Positions 50,520 through 61,800 of a stretch of DNA of 64,000 bases are shown piece after piece. The stretch spans positions 124,001 through 188,000 of the forward strand of contig MU004236.1 in the NCBI GenBank assembly GCA_010405405.1. The letters run 5' to 3'. Within the stretch, counting starts at the first letter, position 1. Every line of letters begins with the position of its first letter. The position numbers and the translations under genes are program-made. The DNA is from Microthyrium microscopicum. Taxonomy: Eukaryota. Under the pieces are notes generated by a model. The model worked only from the letters and a program-made list of their open reading frames with translations, ran no database searches and was not told the DNA's origin.

Positions 50520-51764
50520 ATGAAAACATTCATTATCACAGCACTCCTTTGCCACCTTGCGCTCTCAACTCCTCTCACATCTTCAAACATCTTACCTCGG
50601 GATATTCCGGCGGCGAAACCAGTATGGCAACCGCCTCTCGGAGCTCGCTTTCAGATCGTACTCAGCAGAGGACTGGCACGTACACGCCGCGACGTCCAGG
50701 CAGGTAACGCAACCATACTAGATCTGGATCTCTTCGACACTCCCAAGGCTCAAATACAACAGCTTCAAGCGCAAGGCAAGCGCGTTATCTGCTACTTCAG
50801 TGCCGGATCCTCAGAATCATGGCGAAGTGACTACAAGCAAATCAAACCTACAGACATGGGCGAGGCTCTTCGCGACTGGCCAGCTGAGAAATGGCTCGAT
50901 ATTCGAAGTCCGGACATTTTCACACTCATGCAATCTCGCATCAAAATCGCTGCAGAAAAGGGCTGCGATGCCATCGATCCCGACAATGTTGATGCTTTCG
51001 GCGACGAGAGTCGCAAAGGCGGTGGGTTTGCAACTCCACTGAAACAATCTGATTCTGTGGCTTTTATCCGCAAGCTTTCAGCCGAGGCTCATCAGCATGG
51101 TATTGCTATTGGGTTGAAGAACGCAGATGCTATTCTGAACCAGGTTTCTGATGTGGTTGAATTCGCTGTCAATGAACAGTGCGCAACCGATTCCTCGGGG
51201 TGTTCAATGTATGAAAAGTTCGTCAATCGTGGAAAGCCAGTATTCCACATTGAATATGCGAAATATACGTCACCAGATGGGAAGAACGTCAGCATTTCTT
51301 CAGAGGAAGGGAACTCTGGCAGGTTGACCAAGATGACGAGCGAAGAGCTACAAAAACTCTACTGCCTACAAAGTGGCCTGGGTAACAGAAGAGTTGTCAG
51401 TGAGAGCACAAGACAAAAGGTCTCGACGGTCATTAAGCAAATGAACTTGGATAACTTTGTCCTGTGGTGCGATGGAACTCATGAGGGTGCGACTTTCAAG
51501 GCTGAAAAGCCATCCAAAGCACCAAACTCGCCTCCTTCAACTCCAAGACCTGCTCAATTGCCTCCAACTCTTCGGCCGAATCCAAACCAGGTTCAACGTC
51601 CAACGCCATCCAAGAATAGTCCAACTGCTCAAGCAACCCAGACTGGGAATCAAAGGCAAAACCAGAGACAAAACCAGAATCAGAAGCAAAGCCAGAATCA
51701 AAAACAAAATCAATGGCCCACACCACCCCGGAAAGGTTCTTTTTCTGATAATGATGAAGAGTAG
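50520..51764 (+). CDS. Secreted glycoside hydrolase family 114 (endo-alpha-1,4-polygalactosaminidase, Ega3-like)
   Basis: Signal peptide MKTFIITALLCHLALS. Motifs WQP, DLDLFD, VICYFSAGSSESWR, EKWLDIRS, GCDAIDPDNVD, GLKNA, FAVNEQC and KPVFHIEY. P/Q/N-rich tail. Confidence 0.9.
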   Translation: MKTFIITALLCHLALSTPLTSSNILPRDIPAAKPVWQPPLGARFQIVLSRGLARTRRDVQAGNATILDLDLFDTPKAQIQQLQAQGKRVICYFSAGSSESWRSDYKQIKPTDMGEALRDWPAEKWLDIRSPDIFTLMQSRIKIAAEKGCDAIDPDNVDAFGDESRKGGGFATPLKQSDSVAFIRKLSAEAHQHGIAIGLKNADAILNQVSDVVEFAVNEQCATDSSGCSMYEKFVNRGKPVFHIEYAKYTSPDGKNVSISSEEGNSGRLTKMTSEELQKLYCLQSGLGNRRVVSESTRQKVSTVIKQMNLDNFVLWCDGTHEGATFKAEKPSKAPNSPPSTPRPAQLPPTLRPNPNQVQRPTPSKNSPTAQATQTGNQRQNQRQNQNQKQSQNQKQNQWPTPPRKGSFSDNDEE

Positions 51765-52180
51765 TGTAAATATACTAGTACATATCATAGTCTGTAAATA
51801 AAACAGCATACCAATATCCTATTCACTCTCATTTTCCACTTTTAATCATGTCCTGTATTCTCAGATCCATATTCATGAGCCCCAGGCCTGTCTTTCCAGC
51901 TTACTTATGCGTGCTTACTGCCCCGATATTTCCGTGCATATATCCGAGTGTGACATAACAGGTTCGAATACTATAGATAACAGGTACCAGTGTTGGCTCA
52001 TCGCGGGGCTTCGGAGGCAAGAACCTTATTCTTGTCAGACGCAAACTTCAAATGCTTACTCTTCATCCATTTCGAACCAGTCAGTTATGATGCTGGATTT
52101 GGTCAAGCTAGTTTCCATCTGGGGGCCAAATATCTGGAATGTAGGGGCCAATTATAACCTCCCTTTCCATGTTCACTGCG

Positions 52181-52188
52181 TATAAATA
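52181..52188 (+). promoter_or_regulatory. Putative TATA box of the SDR gene
   Basis: TATAAATA about 90 bp upstream of ATG 52274. Confidence 0.4.
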
Positions 52189-52273
52189 AGAGTGAATCCC
52201 TTTCAAGATTCTGGCCACCTTTTCAACGTCTTCAAGCCAGTCCAACTAAGAAAATCCAACATATACATCGGAG

Positions 52274-53317
52274 ATGTCTGGAAACACGATCATTGCGCCG
52301 TACTCTGAGCTTCACAAGTCGCCAAATGGCCCCGGAGATGGAAGACCAACCGCGTTGAAGATTGTGCAAGATGAAGACCTAGTCGGTAAATGGTCTGACA
52401 AAACCATTCTTATCACTGGAGCATCATCTGGAATTGGCGTGGAAACAGCAAGAGCACTACATGCCACCGGCGCGAGGATCTTCATCACTTCAAGGGACAT
52501 GGCCAAGGCAGATTCAGTCGTCGAAGACATAATGTCAACAAGCCCTTCGAAAGTACCAATCGAGACGCTCCCTCTAGATTTCAACTCCCTAGACTCGGTA
52601 CGCTCTGGTGCCCAAGACTTCCTTTCCCGCAGCAAGTATCTCAACATTCTCATCAACAATGCTGGTGCAATGTCGAAGGAAGAGAAAGTCGTGACCAAGG
52701 ATGGCTTCGAATCTCTCTTTCAAGTCAACTACCTGGCACCATACTTGCTGACCAAAATGCTACTTCCCACGCTCGTTGCCTCCTCCACTCCGGACTTTGC
52801 CTCGCGTGTCGTCAACGTCAGCTCCATGGGCCACATCTGGCACAGCCCTGGTGGCCTGACTGATGAAGCTTTAGCCGACATCAACTTTGAACACAAGCCT
52901 TTCCAACCATGGCTGCAATACGGCCAAACAAAGACGGCCAATATCCTGCATGCTAACCAGATCGAACGTCTTTACGGCTCAGACCCTGAACATCCTGTTC
53001 ATGCGTTTAGTTTGCACCCAGGCGCAATAACGACTGAAATCTGGCGCTATATGAAAGATAAACTCAGCGAACGGGAGCAACAGTTCAAGAAGGTGTGGAA
53101 AAGCGTTGACCAAGGAGCAGCTACGTCGGTTTGGTGTGCTTGTGCAAAGGTCTGGGAGGGTAAAAAGGGAAGATATTGCGAAGAATGTCAGGAAAGTGTG
53201 CCGCTGGCTAAAGATGCGCCGAAGGGCAGTCAAGGTTATGCGCCCTGGGCATACGATGAGGTACAGGAGAAGAAATTGTGGGACATGAGTGAGGATCTGG
53301 TCAAAAAATGGGCATAA
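52274..53317 (+). CDS. Short-chain dehydrogenase/reductase (WWOX/retinol dehydrogenase-like)
   Basis: TGASSGIG, NNAG, VNVSS, catalytic YGQTK and LHPG. Confidence 0.93.
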   Translation: MSGNTIIAPYSELHKSPNGPGDGRPTALKIVQDEDLVGKWSDKTILITGASSGIGVETARALHATGARIFITSRDMAKADSVVEDIMSTSPSKVPIETLPLDFNSLDSVRSGAQDFLSRSKYLNILINNAGAMSKEEKVVTKDGFESLFQVNYLAPYLLTKMLLPTLVASSTPDFASRVVNVSSMGHIWHSPGGLTDEALADINFEHKPFQPWLQYGQTKTANILHANQIERLYGSDPEHPVHAFSLHPGAITTEIWRYMKDKLSEREQQFKKVWKSVDQGAATSVWCACAKVWEGKKGRYCEECQESVPLAKDAPKGSQGYAPWAYDEVQEKKLWDMSEDLVKKWA

Positions 53318-53580
53318 AGCCTTGAAACTTTTATCTACCTTGAACTCATGGCAGAAGAGGCTTGGTTTTATGAGATATGACTGGTATGTATGAAGCTCTG
53401 CAAGCTCTGTAGGGCAGCGAGTTATTTTATCCACATATCGCAATCCTAGGCTTATCGCACTATGATGTCGCCTATGACTCAGCAAGGAACCAATGTACGA
53501 TAAAAATAAAGAATGGACCTGCTTTTAGTCAACATCCAACTACTTCGTGAAAAGTCTTGTGCAAGGGACAAGCGTGCAAT

Positions 53581-54616
53581 ATGAAAACAAGCTTAGAGCT
53601 TAGACTAGGATGGATAGGTAAGTATATCAATAAAGAATATGACTAGAAAATAAGTTCTTACCATCTTCAAAGGGTTGGGTTCCATGGGTATTGGGCTGAC
53701 CAAAAATCTTCAGAAATATATCTCCGCAGACTCGCTGACGCCACTCCATTACACAAACCGTACACTTTCTCGAGGCGATTCACTCAAAGAATTGGGAGCT
53801 GTTCCATGTAATACAATTGGCGAACTTGCACAATGTTGCGATATCGTTTTCTCTTCAATCAGTGACGACTCGATTCTCTTCTCACTTGTGGAAAGCTTCA
53901 TCGCGTCTGGAAACGTCGCTGGCAAGATCCTCGTCGACACTTCCACTGTCCATCCCGACACTTCCCGTCTTGTAAATGTCAAACTTTCAGAACTCGGAGC
54001 AAAATACATTGCGGCCCCAGTGTTTGGTGCATCTCCAGCCGCAAACGCCGGAACAGTCCTCTTTGCTGTTGCAGGCTCGGATGCCGCTGTGTCAACCGTT
54101 CTCCCATTGTTAAACGCCATGAGTCGTAAAGTACTCCGCACCGGAGAGGAGCCTCGAAAAGCGTTGCTCCTCAAAACCACGAGCAACTTCCTCATGGCAG
54201 GACTCATGGAACTGGTCGCTGAGGCACATGTATTGGGGGAAAAGACCGGCCTGGGTACGACAGCCGTGGAAGAATTACTTCAAGAGAATTTTGGGCCGGT
54301 CATATACAATGATTCGATTCGTATGACTACCGGAGTATATGCACCTCCCAAAGGAGTTGAGCCATGGAGCGCAGTTGGTTTAGCCATCAAGGATGTAAAG
54401 CATGGCATCGACTTAGCAAAGCAGAGCGATGTCAATTTGCCAATGGGTCTGTTGGCACTGGATCATCTTGAACAGGCAAGTGCTTGGGGAGATAAGAATG
54501 ATAGGGACCTGGATTCGACTAGTATATATGGTGTGGTGAGAGAAGAGGCCGGACTGGATTTTGAGACAGAAACTGTCAAGGATAACTGTATCAAGCACAA
54601 AAGAAGTGGAAACTGA
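53581..54616 (+). CDS. Beta-hydroxyacid dehydrogenase (3-hydroxyisobutyrate/6-phosphogluconate dehydrogenase-like NAD-binding family)
   Basis: Exon 53581-53617, intron 53618-53672, exon 53673-54616. Splicing gives GWIGLGSMG; also DTSTVHP, APVFG, LKTTSN and KD. Confidence 0.9.
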
Positions 54617-54655
54617 TCTCAGTTTATTATTCCGTGCAGAAGAATGCCTCTCCAG

Positions 54656-54873
54656 GGACAAATAAATGAGCTGTCTGAATGGAGCTCCTATCGATTACCA
54701 TGGCTGCCATAACACTTCTCAAAGAGTGACTGCTTTAATTCCCTTGCACGTCGTAAAACTTATATCAGATTATCGAATACGATGGTAATTGAAGCAATAA
54801 CTCTTCAAAAAGTTCTATGGCAGCCATTGTGATCGATGGGAATACTCGTCGAAACGGCTCATTTATTTTGTCC
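54656..54873. repeat. ~220-bp imperfect inverted repeat (foldback)
   Basis: Left arm ggacaaataaatgagc...tcctatcgattaccatggctgccataacacttctcaaagagtgactgctttaatt pairs with right arm aattgaagcaataactcttcaaaaagttctatggcagccattgtgatcgatggga...gctcatttattttgtcc. Confidence 0.75.
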
Positions 54874-55785
54874 ACGAAAAGATGCGCAAGCGGCTAATCA
54901 AATTGTGTTGGATGTATTCGTGTTAGCATGCTGTCGTACCAAGACTGACATCTGAAGGATTTGGGTTTAGATCTTTTGGTAGCTGTGTCACGCCGTGAAT
55001 CAAAAACATTGGCACTTATTGCGCTTCTCTTCTTGCATCAGGTACGAAATTCATTGCATTTGTTTTCCATACATGATAGAAGTCAGTAGAGTCGAGTTTG
55101 AGCATTAGAGTCTTGAGACCCAGACGTCGGAAATCTGTTCAGTCCACGATTTTACTAGTGCGTACGATAGGGCTGGCCTGGAATTGATAAGGCGACTTTT
55201 TCTTTGTTTTTTTCGAGGTTGTCATGTTGTTGACCTGTCTTGCCTGTTTGCCTTAGCTTGTTTACCTCAGGAGGCAGCCCCTTTTTCATAAGAAGCTGCA
55301 ACCCCTTTTCATATATCAGGACCCAGAAAATAGGAATAAACAAGCATAAAAAGATTTGATCTGAATTGTGGTTCCGACAAGCCCTGGTTATGAAATTTAT
55401 ACCCAATTGAGTATTAGAGAGCAGACAGTTCGACAAAATTCGTCTGTCGGCTGTAGCGATATCGTGGCGTTTCTGGCTTAAGCCTAAAGAGTCTGGATTG
55501 CAACCACCAGCACCATCGTGGCCACGGTCTCAAAACTAGCGAATCAAAGACCGCAATTGTGGTTCCAGCGTCTTCCTGAATGTTTCTTTTAGGCGAGCTA
55601 AGAGATAACTTAGATCCCGTTGCCATTTTAGGAATTCGCGGCTGAAAGGATTCAATGTACCTTTAAAGGGACTTGTGCGTCCTGGCGTATCGCCATGAGG
55701 TTGTCGATTTCCAATTTTGATCAATTTTGCGTATCGCGTAATGTGGTTGTCGTAAGGTCTCGTCTCTAGTCTTTCATTTCAGTTC

Positions 55786-58700
55786 ATGATTATAATCATG
55801 CCAGTCATTCGCTTAATTCACACTCTTTTGCTTGCGTTTGCAATTCCCGCGCTCGGCGCTGCGCTCCCTTCTGATGGAGCTCCTGGTGATGTGATAACTT
55901 TGGAAGGCCTCATTCGAGTGCCAGTAGTCACAGTCGACGCAGCAGAAGTCCAAAACAATGTCACGGATAGTGGTATATCTAAACGACAATCAACGGCAGA
56001 TCTCGACAACTTTGGAGGCAGCTTTTACCTCATTACTTGTGAGTATACGCCACAGATGCAGCAGCATCGTCCCGATCACTGCTAATCATATTTCGCTCGA
56101 CAGTATCGTTGGGATCAAATAGTCAATCTGCTATGGTACAATTGGATACTGGAAGTGTAGAGCTATGGGTCGATCCAATTTGCGCATCTTCACAAAGTCC
56201 GGATTTCTGCAACGCTTTGCCACGATATGACCCTACAACATCAACAACTTCGCACAACTTGCAGACACAATTCGGTATTCAATACGGCTCCGGAAGTGTT
56301 CAGGGAACCTACTATACAGATACTGTAGCTAGTGGATCCGCTTCCATTCCAGGATTACAATTTGGAGTAGCGACTCAAAGTGACTTTTTGTCTTTTGGAA
56401 TATTGGGTCTAGGCCCAGTCATCTTTCCAGCACCATATGAACCTTTTATTTATCAGCTTGCGACTCAAAATACTATCGCCAGTCCTGCCTTCAGTTTGGA
56501 TCTACGTTCAATCAATGACCCCGAAGGATCCATCATCTTTGGAGGACTGGACACCATGAAGTATAAATGCAATCTGGCAAAAGCGCCAATCATTCCTTAC
56601 TATCAAGCACCCGATGGTGTTCCACGGTATGATATCAAGTTCCAACTCACAGCCCTGAGATCTGTCGTATCTAACAGCTTACAGTTTTTGGATAAACTTC
56701 AACGGCGTAGCAGTCACCACCGCGTCTGGATCTAATGCTATCCCTCTTGCTCAACCACAACCAGTATTCTTGGATTCCGGGGCTACTTTAAGTTACCTTC
56801 CTGCTGCTCTGTTCAACGCTATCGGAGCCGCGTTCCCTGGAGCGACATACTATTCCCCTACTGGATACTACATTGCGCCTTGTAATACAGTGGGATCGCT
56901 GGATTTCACTTTCGGGAACACTCTTGTTCAAGTCCCTTTTAGTGAGTTCTTACTCGTTGCCGACAACACTGGCCAAACATGTATCCTTGGAATGCAAGCA
57001 GCGTCTGGTCCTCAATACATTCTTGGTGATTCCTTTCTGAGAGCGGCTTATGTGGTTTTTGATCTCGGAAACAGCAATTTATGGATTGGTCAAGCTGATG
57101 ACTGCGGCAGCAATCTTGTTGCTATTGGTTCTGGAGCAAACTCTGTGCCTCAAGTTCCTGGCTGCAGTTGCCCGGTCTCTTCATCGTCTAGTATGACTTC
57201 TACCGCATCATCGACGTTGAGTTCATCCTTAACAACGTCCAGTGGTGTTACATCAAGCACCAGCTCTGTTACGTCAAGTTTCAGTCCTATCGCATCAAGC
57301 AATAGCTCTATCGCATCAAGCACTAGCTCTATCGCATCAAGCACCAGCTCTATCGCATCAAGCACCAGCTCTGTCGCAACAAGTTCTTCAATCAGCTCCT
57401 CTGCTGCTGGCTCATCAGTTACCAGCTCCAGCTCATCAATCGCTAGTTCCAGCTCTGCCGCATCTAATTCTACAGTTAGCTCGTCTGTTGCCAGCTCCAG
57501 CTCGTCTGTTGCCAGCCCCAGCTCGTCTGCTGTCAGCTCCAGTTCATCAGTTGCCACTTCTAGTTCATCAGTTGCCATTTCTAGTTCAATAGTTGCTACT
57601 TCTAGCTCTATCGCGTCAGGTTCTACAGTTAGCTCGTCTGTTACTAGCTCCAGCTCATCGGTTGCCAGTTCTAGTTCATCAGCTACCAGTTCTAGCTTTG
57701 TCGCGTCAAGTTCTACAGTTAGCTCATCAGTTGCCAGTTCTAGTCCATCACTTGCCAACTCTAGCTCTGCCGCATCAAGTTCTATAATCAGCTCATCTGT
57801 TGTCAGTTCTAGTTCGTCTGTTGCAAGTTCGTCTACTGCAAGTTCGTCTACTGCAAGTTCGTCTACTGCAAATTCGTCTACTGCAAGTTCGTCTACTGCA
57901 AGTTCGTCTACTGCAAGTTCTTCTATTGCAAGTTCATCTACTGCAAGTTCGTCTACAGCAAGTTCTACTGCAAGTTCGTCTACTACGAGTTCTTCTGCAA
58001 CAGGTCTGGCTACTTCCAGCTCTTCGACCCTGACATCAAGTGCTTCTTCATCGACTTATTCTTCATCGACTGCTTCCCCATCGAGCATGTTATCCTCCAG
58101 CGCATCATCGAGTGCAGCTTCATCGAGTGCGCTGTCGTCCAGCTCGTCATCCAGCCTCTCGTCCAGTATTCTCTCGTCATCCTTTGCTTCGTCGTCTTCG
58201 GCTACTAGTACCACTTCCGGCTCTTCGTCTTCCGTTGCTGTGTCTAGTAGCTCAAATCCAACTATCACATCGAGCTCGATGATGAGCCAGCCTTCAAGCT
58301 CCACAGTAACTAGTTCAGCCGTGAGCAGCAGCAGCAGTCAGACGTCAAGCTCGATCTCCTCGTCCTCTGAGAGCAGCAGTCCTACTTTGTCGGCCAGCAG
58401 TAGTGTTCCATCGGGCAGTTCTGTCTCTCGAACGTCTAGCAGCATTGCATCCTCTAGCTTCATTTCAATGTCCACGGAAAGCAGCAGCATTGGATCTTCA
58501 AGCAGCTCATACATTCTGTCAAGTGCTACCTCATCCGTCAAACCCAGCACAAAATCGTCTTCTACGAAATCGAGTTCGACCAAATCGAGTTCGACCAAAT
58601 CGAGTTCGACCAAATCGAGTTCGATCGTGTCGAGTACGAAGTCCTCCTCTGCCAGTATTAGCTCAACTACATCTAGCAAACTTAGCTCCACTTCTTCGTC

Positions 58701-59411
58701 TTCGAATTCCAAGACTTCTTCATCGACTCAATCGACCAAGGCTACATCCTCTACCACTTCGACGAAGGCTACATCATCCATCAAGTCGACTTCGTCTGTA
58801 CTCAGCAAAATATCGAGTACCTCTTTGCGTCCATCATCAAAAACAACGGCAACGTCCTCTGCACGCACGTCTAGCAAATCTAGTTCTCGCGCCTCGTCAT
58901 CTAAGCCAGCCACATCCTTTCATTCGTCCAGTCAAACATTCAAAACATCAACCAAGACTTCGACGACTTCAACGATTCCATCGGTTTCTGGAGCTGTTGA
59001 CCCAACTGGTAATGGAAAATGTGGTCCTCTTAACAAGAATTACGTTTGCTCCAACAGCGAATGCTGCAGTATTTAGTAAGTTGCCCCTTGAAAATTAAAT
59101 CCATTTTACTGACAAGACTAGTGGCTACTGTGGCACTTCCAAGAGTTATTGCGGATCAGGAAACTGCAACCCATTATTCGGCACATGCACAGATCCTGCC
59201 TCAGCGCCCGTTAACGTCGATCCTACAGGTGAGGGAAAATGCGGTCCAAATAACGGTGGCTTCAAATGCTCTGGTTCTCAGTGTTGCTCCCAGTAGTAAG
59301 TACTTCAAATTCGTGTTTTGTTCATAACTAATGCGAAGCAGTGGATGGTGTGGAACAGGGAAGGCATACTGCCAGACAGGTTGTCAGTCGGCATTTGGAA
59401 CCTGTACTTGA
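55786..59411 (+). CDS. Secreted A1 aspartic protease (yapsin/SAP-like) with Ser/Thr-rich stalk and two C-terminal hevein-type CBM18 domains
   Basis: Exons 55786-56038, 56104-56626, 56685-59075, 59122-59295 and 59342-59411 (start may be ATG 55798). Signal peptide, KR pro-site, DTGS and DSGA catalytic motifs, YGSG flap, ILGDSFLR. Tail CG...C...CCSIYGYCG...YC...C and CG...C...CCSQYGWCG...YC...C. Confidence 0.88.
57289..58625 (+). repeat. Coding minisatellites in the Ser-rich stalk
   Basis: 21-nt ATCGCATCAAGCACCAGCTCT (IASSTSS) at ~57289-57372, 15-nt GCAAGTTCGTCTACT (ASSST) at ~57823-57985, 15-nt AAATCGAGTTCGACC (KSSST) at ~58552-58625. Confidence 0.85.
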
Positions 59412-59621
59412 AGAGACTCCATTTGACAGTTCTGAAATCCATACCATGTGATTATACCCCAAGTGAGCGAACTTTCTCGCCTCGTCCTTATCTCCACTGG
59501 TTGGCATCTTCAGAAAAGCGGTGCTTAGCGTGGTTGCAAGTAGTGTAAATTTCAAACGTCCTCCGAGCTTATGGAAATTCGAGTACTTTCATATATAGCG
59601 ACAAGCTGGTAGCATTGGCTT

Positions 59622-61318
59622 CTATGTCTGTCTCGATCCTGCAAGTCGTTTTCTTAAGAGATAGACTGCAAGACCAACAATCCACACAATGATGAGAATA
59701 GCAGCTTGCAAAGGTGCAAACAGTGCTCCCCTAATAACAACAAATCCGCTTACAAGAGCAAAAATTACAGGAATCAGTATGAATGTTTTGTAAGGTCGAG
59801 CCAGATCTGGCTCACGATAGCGTAAGACTAAAGCGCCCAGAACGGTGAGGAGAAAGAACGTATATTCTCCTAGTCCATTGAATGTAAGGAGCGCTCGAAA
59901 GTTACCCAGGAGAATATAAAGTGCTGAGATGACGGTTGATAAAAGCAAAGCATTTCTAGGTGCATCCGATTTGCTTGCCTCATTTTCCTGGTCGCCAGAC
60001 CCTTCGAAGCTATCGCTTGCAGCTGGTTTTATCCCAACGTGACCGACAATTGCAAAGAATTGGGGAAACCAACCCATGTTAGCAGCTGCTACTGCCATAC
60101 GTGATGCAACAAAGGAGTTCCCAAGCAAAGAGCCCGCTACTACCAAGCAAATCAGTATCGCGGCGACAATACCAAATCCGAATCCAAGAAGTCGAGTGAT
60201 GGCAGTGACTGCTACGCTGTCCGTCGTGGAAACGACATCCCACGGTAGCAAGACATAATATGCCACGTTAATTGCCAGGAAACTACCAATAATAGTTGGT
60301 ATAGCTGTATTGATGGAAAGTGGCAGTTGACGAGCCGGGTGCGACATTTCCGCAGAAATATAAATGGCCTTCATGGAGTTAGAAGATGGTTTCAAACGGA
60401 TTTGCACCAACGCACCTTGTCCCAGCCAGAGTATGCCCATAGAGAACCATACAAAGCTGTACTCAAGTGGCCTAACGTCTCCCACTCGTTGAGCTTCTTC
60501 CAGTGCGTCTCACTCCCATCAGGATTCAAGCTGTCCCTGTAGGAAAGCCAATTTCTAATAAACCAATCTCTTCCTCCCAGATCATCTCTATTGGGATTCA
60601 AAGACTGAAAGATAATAACCGCAATGCCTGCTATCACTACAGCTGCAATGGTGACAAACTTGGTTACAACGAAGAAGTTGTTAAGCTGGGTACTAACTTT
60701 TGTACTGATGGAGTTAATTCCGTTGATAATGATAAGCACAAGTACCGATAATAACTTGTGCTCGATTCTGTCAGCTTGATCAGTGACTCCAGATGCTGTG
60801 AAAATGCTTTCAATGAAGACGATGCTGAGAATAGCCAGCGTAGCAGGCATTACAGCTACTATCCATGTCCAAGCTGCTAGAAAGCCAAAAACGTCTCCGA
60901 ATATGTAACGAAGATAGGGCTGGACGCCTCCTGTTGAGCATTCAATACAAGCTAATCGATGCTCTTACTATCATGACTTACCTTCTCCAGGAATTGCAGT
61001 TCCTAGCTCTGCCAAAGTAGCTGCTCCGGTCCAAGCCAGAACACCACCAACAAGCCACACTATGAGAGCTATACCAGGCGATGGTACATTACTATCGATA
61101 GACCCGGGTGATGTAAATATCCCACTTCCAATCACTATGCTGATGATGATTGCAAACGCCTCCAGTGTTCCCAGATTTCGAATAAATGTGCCGTGATTGG
61201 CGACCGGTTCCAGTTCATTCTGATTTCCATTGATTCCCTGGGTACCATAATCCTGGTCTTGGGGATCTGCGAGTAGCGGTCTCTCCACTCCTCCGTCCGG
61301 CTCCGTTCTTGAAGACAT
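59622..61318 (-). CDS. APC-superfamily L-type amino-acid transporter (LAT/Mup-like permease)
   Basis: Exons 61318-60982, 60930-60416 and 60368-59622. Motifs IGSGIFTSP, AELGTAIPGEGG, LWAYSGWD, AEM..P.RQLP and LRYREPDLARPYK. Confidence 0.9.
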
Positions 61319-61800
61319 GTCTTCAACGAGGCTATTGGTGTGACAGATTTTGGAGTTGTTTTAGTCTGCCAAGCACAAAAGGGTTGTACGAATCTACGAC
61401 TTCAAAGTTATAAGAGGTTGAAGTTGGAGACATCGAGTCATCAAGATACCGTGTTCCCCACCCGGCCCCCGACTTTCATTATATAAAGCCCCCCTTATAG
61501 GCTATGACGAAAAATTGGTCATAATGATGGCATTACTAGCGTGAAGGGATTCAAGAAAAGAATCTTTAGCCTCGTAGCTAAAATATTCGAATGAAGAAAT
61601 GTTTCTGAAACTCCAACGAGAGCAAGATGGTACTTCCAAAGTTCCAAAACTACTAGTACCTTCCGAATTAGATATTGAACGAATGGTCTGAGAAGAATAT
61701 TATTGGAAGAATCTGGCCGAAAACTAAAAGTAATAAAGAGAGTTGATGTTGGCGTCCAATAGAATATGAGGTAACTACGGCATTTTATAGTTCATTGCCC

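Noticed and set aside
57150..59098. Repetitive alternative-frame ORFs (ELELATDE..., LLQVRLLQVR..., VRPNRVRPN...)
   Set aside because: Other-frame or antisense readings of the Ser-rich minisatellites in the protease gene.
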